Part shown: piece by piece, positions 56,018 to 64,000 of the stretch
Layout: each line of letters begins with the position of its first letter
Numbering within the stretch: position 1 is the stretch's first letter
Assembly: GCA_045863335.1 (NCBI GenBank)
Contig: BTVY01000001.1
Span: 136,671 to 200,670 of the forward strand
Length of the DNA stretch: 64,000 nt
Origin: Candidatus Hydrogenedentota bacterium
GTDB lineage: Bacteria; Hydrogenedentota; Hydrogenedentia; Hydrogenedentales; SLHB01
Direction: 5' to 3'
The notes under the pieces: model-generated
What the model saw: the letters and a program-made list of their open reading frames with translations, nothing else
What the model was told of the DNA's origin: nothing
Database searches by the model: none
Program-made: the position numbers and the translations under genes

Positions 56018-56872
56018 TTAGCCATATTCCTCTGGCTGCGCCGGCGATCGGATTTCTCGGGGTCCGGAGTCGGTCACTATCCATCCAGAAGCGTCTTTTA
56101 TTGCCGCCCGCAGCAACTCGGGAAGTCGAGCCGCGGGAAGCGGGTCCGCGCCCGAGGAAGGATTGCGGTGCGAACCATCGGCGGCCTTGGGTCCAAGGAC
56201 GCATACCGCCAAGACCCGACAGCCCAAACGCTTGGCCTCTAACACGTGGGGAACAATCCCGGTACCACAGATGTCCCCCCCGTTCTGCCGAAGGGACTCG
56301 ATGGCGATTGTGTCCGGGCGCTGCGCCAGAGGACTGGCGACGAGCACTCCCACGCCGATCGGCACCTGGGCCGAATCGCTCGCCCGGAGCATCGATTCCC
56401 GCAGCGCGGGGTCATACGCGACAGACATATCAAGGAAGTATGCAACTTCACTGGGTTTGGCAGGGAGTAGGGGACTGTCCCCCAAGAGGTTAACATGGTC
56501 TTCGACGAGCACCAGTTCGCCCGCGTGCCGTTCCGGTTCGACGGGCGTAGCATGGGCAACCAGGAGGACCCAATCACAACCGCAATGGGCCGCGATACCT
56601 ACCGGGCAGGGACGCTGCCGGACCGGCAGATAGGGTGGCACCTCCACGATGACGAGAACCGGCACGGAGCCGACACGTCCGCACTGCAGCCGGCAAGGCA
56701 GGTTTGCTCCGTGAGGCTGTTCGACCTGCCACACAGGGGAGGGCGACTCCAGCAGGTCCTCCGGGGAAAGGGCACCTCGCTCAACGACCACGGTTACTGC
56801 AGGACGCTGCCCCAGGGAACTCACGACAAACGCCGCAGCGCGATCGAGGCTGGCGGGGTCGAGTGTGGTCAC
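56018..56872 (-). CDS. Purine nucleoside phosphorylase-like protein with degenerate active site
   Basis: EDHVNLLGDSPL and FLDMS.AYD..LR match PNP; the GR.H.YEG, GP.YET, VGMS and TN motifs are replaced. Confidence 0.75.
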   Translation of the reverse strand: MTTLDPASLDRAAAFVVSSLGQRPAVTVVVERGALSPEDLLESPSPVWQVEQPHGANLPCRLQCGRVGSVPVLVIVEVPPYLPVRQRPCPVGIAAHCGCDWVLLVAHATPVEPERHAGELVLVEDHVNLLGDSPLLPAKPSEVAYFLDMSVAYDPALRESMLRASDSAQVPIGVGVLVASPLAQRPDTIAIESLRQNGGDICGTGIVPHVLEAKRLGCRVLAVCVLGPKAADGSHRNPSSGADPLPAARLPELLRAAIKDASGWIVTDSGPREIRSPAQPEEYG

Positions 56873-57177
56873 GATATTCCCCCCGATTCCAACGCGGTCA
56901 GAAGCCCCATTACGGCCTCCCCATTCACGCCCGCGATCTCGACCGTCTTGTCGCGAGAACGGTCGCCGCTCAGGAGCCGGACCGCGGATTTGGGAACGTG
57001 GAGTTTCTTGGCAATGAGCGCACAGAGGGCGGCATTGGCGAGTCCGTCAGCGGGTGGAGCCGAAAGTCGAATCCGGAGCCGCTCATTCTGAACCCCGACG
57101 ATGCGATCCTCGGAAGCCCGTGGCTGTACGCGCACGTGAATGCGCACGCTATCCCGAGACTCGACAACGAACGACAT
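56869..57177 (-). CDS. DUF167 / YggU family protein
   Basis: VRVQPRA, APPADGLAN, G.RSRDK. Confidence 0.93.
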   Translation of the reverse strand: MSFVVESRDSVRIHVRVQPRASEDRIVGVQNERLRIRLSAPPADGLANAALCALIAKKLHVPKSAVRLLSGDRSRDKTVEIAGVNGEAVMGLLTALESGGIS

Positions 57178-57244
57178 GTTTCACCTCAAAAGGCGCGGAC
57201 ACCGCCGCAGCGATCATTCGCTGCATCCCGGCCACACGCGTGCG

Positions 57245-58204
57245 TCACACGACGTCCCGCCATACCCCCATTCGGCGAAACTTCTCTTGGCGGCGCGCGG
57301 CCGACCATTTACCTTCTCGAGCGGAAACCAGAAACTGATCAATCTCCTCAGCGAGAACCGACGCGGCACCGTCCGGGTTTCGGTGTGCACCTCCCCCGGG
57401 CTCCGCGAGTACCGCATCGATAACGCCGAATTCCTTGAGATCCTGAGCCGTAATCCGAAGAGCCGAAGCCGCGATATCCTTCTTCGCGGAATCCCGCCAA
57501 AGGATTTCCGCGCAACGCTCGGGGGCGCAGACCATATAGATCGCATGCTCGAACATGCAAACCCAGTCTCCGACAGCGATCCCGAGGGCACCACCACTTC
57601 CGCCCTCCCCGATAACGACAGAGAACACCGGAGTCTTAATCCCCATAAGGTACAGAAGGTTCCTCGCAATCGCGGGCCCTTGGCCGCGCTGCTCTGCATC
57701 GGGATGGGGATGCGCACCCTGGGTATCGACGATCGTGACCACAGGAATTTGGAGTCGCTCGGCCATCTCAAACAAACGCAACGCCTTACGATAGCCGGCG
57801 GGAAACGCCATACCATAGTTGCGCCGGATGCGTTCGTCTGTCGTCGTTCCTTTTTGATGCCCCGTGAGCACGACGGTCTGGCCCCGAAACCGGGCAATTC
57901 CGCCCACGGTTGCGGTGTCTTCCCCGGACACGCGGTCGCCGTGCAGTTCCACGAAATCTTCGAAAATGCGGCCGACGTAGTCCAGCATTTTCGGACGTTG
58001 CGCGTGGCGGGCAAGCTCGACGCGCTGCCAGGGCGTGAGCTGTGTAAACACTTTTTCACGCTCCACTTGCAACTCTCGCTCGATATCGTGGCGCTCTTCA
58101 TCGCTCTCAGCTTGCTCAAGCTTCGCCTCGAGTTCGACGATTCGCTTCTCGAAAGGAAGAACGTGCGCGACCGCTCCGCGACTGTTGTGATTCAGCTTAG
58201 CCAA
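57245..58204 (-). CDS. accA: Acetyl-CoA carboxylase carboxyltransferase alpha subunit
   Basis: LTPWQRV.LAR, ELHGDR, GHQKG, GYRKALR, GEGGSGGA, EP.GGAH. Confidence 0.96.
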   Translation of the reverse strand: MAKLNHNSRGAVAHVLPFEKRIVELEAKLEQAESDEERHDIERELQVEREKVFTQLTPWQRVELARHAQRPKMLDYVGRIFEDFVELHGDRVSGEDTATVGGIARFRGQTVVLTGHQKGTTTDERIRRNYGMAFPAGYRKALRLFEMAERLQIPVVTIVDTQGAHPHPDAEQRGQGPAIARNLLYLMGIKTPVFSVVIGEGGSGGALGIAVGDWVCMFEHAIYMVCAPERCAEILWRDSAKKDIAASALRITAQDLKEFGVIDAVLAEPGGGAHRNPDGAASVLAEEIDQFLVSAREGKWSAARRQEKFRRMGVWRDVV

Positions 58205-58341
58205 GGCGTGTGCCAGCTCCTCTTGGGTTGTCCGGGATCCCGAGCGGATCCACGTGGACCGGAAAGACAGGGCATACTATAGCAGATGGCGCTAACCGGA
58301 CGGTAGCCGGTTGCCTACCCTCACGCGAGTGCGCCGCGGGC

Positions 58342-58362
58342 AAAAAAAAACGCCTTGCGGCG
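58342..58362 (-). terminator. Rho-independent terminator downstream of the zinc-finger microprotein
   Basis: Minus strand CGCC-GCAA-GGCG hairpin followed by T9; stem is short. Confidence 0.65.
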
Positions 58363-58407
58363 AACGGTTCGCTCGCCTGAGGCGTAGTGCCCGGTGATGA
58401 ATATCAC

Positions 58408-58545
58408 CTATGCTTCTTCCAATACTTCGTCGTAATACTCGGCATAGCAGTCGAGATGCCAGTATTCGCCGTCCACGATCTGAACTTCACCGAACTGGAT
58501 GTCGGTTTCTTCGATCGCTTCGTTGCACAATGTGCAGCAATGCAT
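58408..58545 (-). CDS. 45-aa acidic CxxC...WHxxC (LIM-like) zinc-finger microprotein, not in ORF track
   Basis: MHCCTLCNEAIEETDIQFGEVQIVDGEYWHLDCYAEYYDEVLEEA*; AAGGAGGTGA SD; downstream terminator. Confidence 0.82.
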   Translation of the reverse strand: MHCCTLCNEAIEETDIQFGEVQIVDGEYWHLDCYAEYYDEVLEEA

Positions 58546-58828
58546 GGCTGTATTCACCTCCTTTCAAAGGGCGCGCCGATTTGGGCACGCAGTTAAAATC
58601 GCCGACTTTTACCACAACCAGCCGAAGAAGTCAAGCACAAAATTCGTTTCTTCTATTCTCGCTTTGGACACCCCATCTCCGAGTCAATTAAATACCAAGA
58701 AGAATGTCTAATAATACAATAAAATTGTGGCTTTTCTGCGGACATTAAGCTAGAATGCCACCAGTAAAACATCTCTCGCTCTATGAATAGTGCTTTTATC
58801 CACCAAGCATCGAAGGAGGCTCTTCCGT

Positions 58829-59767
58829 ATGATATGTCCACGTACTTTTTGCAAAAAACTGCAGAGCAACGCCGCGGCTCGTCCCCCACGACGCTCCCAC
58901 GCCGCAACGACATTACGGGGACTGAGCCTGCTTGGGTTGGTCGTCATGGTGACGGTTTCCGCCAAGCAATGCCCGTCCCTGCCGGAGAATTGCAGGAACT
59001 ACACTGCGATTGACGTGGGCGGTTACTCGCTTTACTACAAGGAACTGGGGACCGGGGGGCCCGCGGTTATCTTCCTTGCGGGCGAGGATGACAACATCAC
59101 CGTTTGGCGGAAAGTGCAGCCGGAGGTGGCTGATTTTACGACGACCATCGCGTACGACCGGGGCGGCGTAGGTTGCAGCGACGAGGGCGAGAACCCCCGG
59201 ACGGCCGACGTGGTCGCGGCGGAGCTGGAGGCCTTCCTGGACGCGCTCGGGCTGACCGACCCGGTCATCCTTTGCGGCCATTCGTTTGGCGGTCTGTTTG
59301 CCCGGTACTTTGCGAACCAGTACCCGGATCGCGTGGCCGGGCTCGTGCTCGTCGACGCAACGCACGAGTTGATTGAGAACGAAATGGCGCTCAACCTGAA
59401 ACCCCAGTCGCTGGAGAAGCAAGACCTGGAATACGGGATTTACTTCGGCATCACGGGGCGTCCGGGAGTCTGGGGTGAGTACTACAACCGCTACAACACG
59501 TATGACATGGTGGCGGCCAACCGCACGCTGCCCAACATCCCGCTGATTTATTTGAGCGCAGGTAAGTACGACCCGGGCCAGGTGCCTGCACAACAGGCTA
59601 ATGTGGCAGACATGATCAAGGAAGAGTTGGACGAGGATCAGGCGTCGCTCACGCCGCAGGGCCAGCTTACGGTCGTCTCCAATACCGGCCATGACATCCA
59701 AATCGAGCAGCCTCAAGCGGTCATCGACGCGATTCAGCAGGTATTCAATACGGTGACGAACCCCTGA
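58829..59767 (+). CDS. Exported alpha/beta hydrolase (esterase-like)
   Basis: YDRGG.G.S, GHSFGG nucleophile, GLVLVD, TGHDI; AAGGAGG RBS before ATG 58829; hydrophobic signal with Cys. Confidence 0.88.
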   Translation: MICPRTFCKKLQSNAAARPPRRSHAATTLRGLSLLGLVVMVTVSAKQCPSLPENCRNYTAIDVGGYSLYYKELGTGGPAVIFLAGEDDNITVWRKVQPEVADFTTTIAYDRGGVGCSDEGENPRTADVVAAELEAFLDALGLTDPVILCGHSFGGLFARYFANQYPDRVAGLVLVDATHELIENEMALNLKPQSLEKQDLEYGIYFGITGRPGVWGEYYNRYNTYDMVAANRTLPNIPLIYLSAGKYDPGQVPAQQANVADMIKEELDEDQASLTPQGQLTVVSNTGHDIQIEQPQAVIDAIQQVFNTVTNP

Positions 59768-59794
59768 ACGACATTGGAATCGTTGCCGGACGGA

Positions 59795-62700
59795 TTATGA
59801 AGCAAGCGTGGGCGCGATATCGCCCGCGCTTTCTTCTTTCTCCGAGGGAACACTCGGAGCGCTTTGGCGCAAGATGTCCGCACAAACCTTGACGTTTGGA
59901 TTGCGCAGTATGGAGAAATGGTCGCCGGGGACCGTGCGAACGTCCACCCCGCCCTGGGCGAAGCCGGACCAGCCACGGGACTCATCCACGTTGGCTTTGG
60001 CCGTTATGCGGCGTTCCGCGACGAACAGGGTGATCTTCCCTTGGATCGGGCGGAGCTTGTACCGTTTGAACGCCCGCGTGTTCGCAAGGGCGATCCGGAT
60101 CCAGTGCCGGGCGAAGGACTGTTTCATGAGTAGTGAGCCGCCCCCATCTACGTCCGCGGCCGATGTATTCAGCGCTTTCTCGTAGGCGCGCGTGACCCCC
60201 CGTTCCTGCCGGGAAAGTATGCGGCCCTTGAGCCTGCCGATCCAGCGGCCGGGCAACGAAGCGGCCAGAGAGAACCATGCGCCGTCGGCCGTGGTCGCGA
60301 GACCCGACAGAGTGAAGAGCAGCCGGGCGCTCACGTTTTCCCGCATAAGCCTCACCCGTTCGGAGAAGGACTTGCGCGAAGCGCCCGGAGCGCGCTGGCC
60401 GGTAATGGTCTCGATGAGGAACACGTGGCCGGCTTCCTCGCCAAGCTGGCGGGCCATTTCGTAGGCGACGGTTCCGCCGAAGGACCATCCGCCGATGCGA
60501 TAGGGTCCCTCGGGCTGCACGGACCGCATCGCGGCGATGTATTGCCCGGCCATCTCTTCGATGGTCTCGCAGGGGGCCGCCTGTCCTTCAAATGCGGGGT
60601 CCTGGAGTGCGTAGACGGGCTGATCCGCCCCGAGGTGATGGGCCAATGCGTAGTATGCGAACACGGTACCGCCGGCAGGCGCTACAAGAAAAATCGGGGG
60701 CCTGGTGCCAGCGGTCCTCAGGGGAACCAGGAGACCGCACTCACCGCTATCATCGACATCATGACCATTGCCGCCGGCGATACGTTGCGATTCGCGCAGG
60801 GCATCCACCCGGCGCGCCATACCCCCAACAGTGGGATCCTCGAAAACGGTCCGTAGAGGCAACGTGATGGCGAAGCGATCATTGATGCGGGACAGCAGTT
60901 CGACCGCCAGCATGGAATGACCGCCGCTATCCAAGAAGTTGTCGTGGACACCGATTCGGTCGCGGTGAAGGAGGTCTCGCCATATACCGGCGATTCCCCG
61001 TTCCGTGTCGGTCCCGGGCTCGCAGAATCCGTCATCCGTCTTCGCATCGATCCGCTCTTGCTGGAGCAGCGCTTTGCGGTCTACCTTGCCATTCGCCGAT
61101 AGGGGAATAGCGTCGGTTACAGTCAGGCTGGTCGGCACCATGTGGTTGGGCAGTTGCCCCTTCAGCGTGTCGCGCAGGCGTTCGATATGGATCTCCCGGC
61201 CGGAGTCCACGACAACGAAGGCGGCAAGCGCGGGACCGCCGGGGCCGTTTGCCCGAGGCAGTACGACGGCCTCCCGGATACCGGGTTGCCGGCAAAGGAC
61301 AGATTCAATCTCTCCAAGCTCGATGCGATGCCCGCGCACTTTCACTTGATGATCGGTGCGGCCAAGGAACTCGAGCGCGCCATCGGGGCGGTAGCGAACG
61401 ATGTCTCCGGTTTTGTACAGCCGCTTGCCGCTCGCAAAGGGGTGCGGGATGAACCGTTCGGCGGTGAGTTCCGGACGCCCCAGGTATTCGCGCGCGAGAC
61501 CGGCGCCGCCCACGTGCAGTTCACCGGGGACGCCAATCGGCACCGGCTGAAGAGTGCGGTCCAGGACGTAGATTTCGGTGTTGTCGATTGGCCGGCCGAG
61601 GGACGGCATGCCGGGCGCTTGTTCGTCGATTTCGACCAGTCCGGACGTCGAGACGACCGTATTCTCGGTGGGGCCGTAATTGTTCACCAAGGAGAAGGGC
61701 AGGCCCGCTGGAGGACGCCGGCGCAGGGTGTCGCCGCCGGTCAGGAGGATCCGCAAGGCGCACGACTCCGGCCACTCAAGGGCAATGGCCTGCTCGGCCA
61801 ACGGCGTCGGCAGGAAGGCAATCGTGATCCCGTGCCGGGTCAGCCAGTCGCGCAGACCGGGAGCTGAGACTCGCGTGAACTCGTCCGGGATATGGATTGA
61901 GGCGCCGGCGGTGAGATAGGGCCAAACCTCCCAAACCGAGGCGTCAAAAGCGGGACCGGCAAGATGCGTTGCGCGGTCGTCGGCGGTCACGTTGAAGGCG
62001 TTCTGATGCCATTGAATCAGGTTCAGCAGACTGTGGTGCTCGATCACGACGCCCTTGGGCTGACCGGTGGACCCGGACGTGTAGATCGCGTACGCGGGGT
62101 CGGCCGGCGATACGAGAATCCCCGGATTGGCCGCCGGGAGTTCTTCGGAATCGAAGCAGTCTTTTATTTGCACCTGCAATGCTTCCGTCGCAGGCAACCG
62201 GTGGTGGATCGCTTCATCGACCACAACGGCTACCGCGTTGGAGTCTTCGATCATGTACCGCAGCCGCTCGACCGGATAACCAGGATCCAAGGGCACGTAA
62301 GCCGCCCCGGTCTTAAGCACGCCGAGCTGGGCGACGACCATATCGATGCGGCGGCTCGTACATACGGCCACGCGTGTCCGCGGGCGCACACGCAGATCGA
62401 TGAGACGTTGCGCCAGTCGATTGGCGAGACGGTTGAGCTGCTCGTAAGTCAGTTCCGCTTCGCCGTCCGTGAGTGCGAGCGCGTCGGGCCGCCGTGCCGA
62501 GTGATCTTCGATACGCTGATGGACGCACCGGTCGAGCGCCAGCGGCACGGCGGTGTCGTTCCATTCGTGCAACAAGGAGTATCGTTCGTCGTCCGTAAGC
62601 AATGGCAAGGTGGCTACCGGCGTCTCCACATCGCGGGCCACGCCGTGCAGAAGGACCGCGTAGTGGCGCAGCATGCGCCGGATCGTCCGGGCGTCGAAGA

Positions 62701-64000
62701 GATCGGTGTTGTACTCGGCGTTGAACGCCAGGCCGTCTGAAGTCGCAGCAACCGTAAGTGTGAGGTCGAAGCGGGAGCGCAGCGCATCCTTGCCGAAGCG
62801 GGCGACTTCGACGCCGTCCAATGCGGGCAGCGACGCGTCAAAATTCTGCAACGCGAACATCACCTGGAAAAGCGGGCTGTGGGAAAGACTGCGCTGCGGC
62901 GCAATTTCTTCGACGAGCTTCTCGAAGGGGAGATCCTGATGCGCGTAGGCCTCCAGGGCGATGTCGCGCACATGGTGCAGCAGCTTGCGAAACGGCGCGT
63001 GCGGCTCGATCCGGGATCGAAGCGCGAGCGTGTTCGCGAAGTAGCCAATCAGATTTTCGACCTCGGGCCGGTTGCGGTTGGCAATGGGGGTTCCGATGAC
63101 GATGTCGTCCTGGCTTGTGTACCGGTTCAGCAGGGCGTTGAACGCAGCAAACAAAGTCATGAACAGCGTAACGTCTTCACGGCGAGACATCGCTTCCAGG
63201 GCTTCACCGCATGCGGCGTCAAGACGAAGCGTCTCTTTGCCGCCGTTGAACGTTTGAATGGCAGGACGAGGCCGGTCCGTCGGCAATTCCAGTACCGGCG
63301 GCGCGTCGCGCAGGTGATCGGTCCAGTAGTCCAGTTGCCGTTGCAGGTTTTCGCCTTGGAGCCAGTTGCGCTGCCAAGCGGAAAAATCGGAATACTGGAT
63401 GGGGAGCCGCGGCAAGTCTGCCGGCACGCCGCGCACGTGGGCGTTATAGGACGCGGCGAACTCGCGCGCGAAGAGTCCCATGGACCAGCCGTCGGACACC
63501 GCGTGATGCATGGATACGTAAAACACGTGCTCTGTGAGGTCGAGCTGGATGAGGACTGCACGGACCAGGGGTCCCCGTTCAAGATCGAAGGGTTGGACCG
63601 CATACTCGCGAATCAACGACGCTGCTTCGACTTCGCGTTCATCTGGAGCCGGCGATGCGAGATCGATACGCTCCATTCGAATAGACGCCTCGTCATCCAC
63701 GATTTGACGGGGATGGCTGTCGTCGCCCTCAAAGTGGGTTCGCATTACGGAATGACGATGGATCACGTCGCGGAAGGCGTTCTGAAGCGCTTCCACATTC
63801 AAGTTACCGCGAAGGCGCAAGGCCGTGGAGATCGTGTAGACGCCGTCGCGGCCCCCGAGTTTGTCGAGGAACCAGAGCCGTTGTTGTGCGAAGGACAAGG
63901 GGGCAGAACCGGCGGGCGCCGAAGTAATCGCGTCTGCGACGGTACTTGCGTTGGCCGATTGATCCGTGGAGACGACCTGTGCGAGACTGGCCACGGTTGG
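59795..64000 (-). CDS. Non-ribosomal peptide synthetase, terminal module C-A-T-TE (5' part outside window)
   Basis: LSFAQQRLWFL and HHAVSDGWS (C); YTSGSTGQPKG, NNYGPTE, YKTGD, NGKVDR (A); GGHSML (T); GWSFGG and GDHF (TE); begins with PTVASLA, the tail of a preceding carrier domain. Confidence 0.97.
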   Translation of the reverse strand, partial: PTVASLAQVVSTDQSANASTVADAITSAPAGSAPLSFAQQRLWFLDKLGGRDGVYTISTALRLRGNLNVEALQNAFRDVIHRHSVMRTHFEGDDSHPRQIVDDEASIRMERIDLASPAPDEREVEAASLIREYAVQPFDLERGPLVRAVLIQLDLTEHVFYVSMHHAVSDGWSMGLFAREFAASYNAHVRGVPADLPRLPIQYSDFSAWQRNWLQGENLQRQLDYWTDHLRDAPPVLELPTDRPRPAIQTFNGGKETLRLDAACGEALEAMSRREDVTLFMTLFAAFNALLNRYTSQDDIVIGTPIANRNRPEVENLIGYFANTLALRSRIEPHAPFRKLLHHVRDIALEAYAHQDLPFEKLVEEIAPQRSLSHSPLFQVMFALQNFDASLPALDGVEVARFGKDALRSRFDLTLTVAATSDGLAFNAEYNTDLFDARTIRRMLRHYAVLLHGVARDVETPVATLPLLTDDERYSLLHEWNDTAVPLALDRCVHQRIEDHSARRPDALALTDGEAELTYEQLNRLANRLAQRLIDLRVRPRTRVAVCTSRRIDMVVAQLGVLKTGAAYVPLDPGYPVERLRYMIEDSNAVAVVVDEAIHHRLPATEALQVQIKDCFDSEELPAANPGILVSPADPAYAIYTSGSTGQPKGVVIEHHSLLNLIQWHQNAFNVTADDRATHLAGPAFDASVWEVWPYLTAGASIHIPDEFTRVSAPGLRDWLTRHGITIAFLPTPLAEQAIALEWPESCALRILLTGGDTLRRRPPAGLPFSLVNNYGPTENTVVSTSGLVEIDEQAPGMPSLGRPIDNTEIYVLDRTLQPVPIGVPGELHVGGAGLAREYLGRPELTAERFIPHPFASGKRLYKTGDIVRYRPDGALEFLGRTDHQVKVRGHRIELGEIESVLCRQPGIREAVVLPRANGPGGPALAAFVVVDSGREIHIERLRDTLKGQLPNHMVPTSLTVTDAIPLSANGKVDRKALLQQERIDAKTDDGFCEPGTDTERGIAGIWRDLLHRDRIGVHDNFLDSGGHSMLAVELLSRINDRFAITLPLRTVFEDPTVGGMARRVDALRESQRIAGGNGHDVDDSGECGLLVPLRTAGTRPPIFLVAPAGGTVFAYYALAHHLGADQPVYALQDPAFEGQAAPCETIEEMAGQYIAAMRSVQPEGPYRIGGWSFGGTVAYEMARQLGEEAGHVFLIETITGQRAPGASRKSFSERVRLMRENVSARLLFTLSGLATTADGAWFSLAASLPGRWIGRLKGRILSRQERGVTRAYEKALNTSAADVDGGGSLLMKQSFARHWIRIALANTRAFKRYKLRPIQGKITLFVAERRITAKANVDESRGWSGFAQGGVDVRTVPGDHFSILRNPNVKVCADILRQSAPSVPSEKEESAGDIAPTLAS

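Noticed and set aside
1-64000. tRNA, rRNA, integrase or intact transposase
   Set aside because: None recognised on either strand by eye; a covariance-model scan would be needed to exclude small ncRNAs

Overview
A GC-rich bacterial chromosomal window. The DUF1559/prepilin-type protein carries an '[17 protein letters not shown]' motif, which together with the gene content suggests Candidatus Hydrogenedentota or a PVC-like lineage (inference only). Housekeeping genes include pyrG, kdsB, dnaE, a pncC/cinA-like gene, recN, tlyA, ispD, ispF, yacL-like PIN/TRAM, accA, yggU and a beta-CASP RNase. Accessory modules are: (i) a redox cluster (SixA, thioredoxin-NHL, YtxJ); (ii) an orphan MEMO protein with a PqqD/RRE-like N-terminus; (iii) two tandem glycine-zipper lipoproteins; (iv) a YtrA/GntR operon with one ABC ATPase and three divergent paralogous permeases; (v) a fliW-csrA operon running into three large glycosyltransferase genes (probable flagellin glycosylation); (vi) a CoA ligase / hydrolase / chorismate-lyase-like / GT-C cluster; (vii) a REP-rich scar with a probable YhcG (DUF1016) remnant, a lower-GC four-gene islet and a PIN toxin-antitoxin pair; (viii) a degenerate purine nucleoside phosphorylase; (ix) a 45-aa LIM-like zinc-finger microprotein absent from the ORF track; and (x) the terminal C-A(Leu)-T-TE module of an NRPS that runs off the right edge. 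I saw no rRNA, tRNA, CRISPR array, integrase or intact transposase. All calls come from motif reading; no searches were run.
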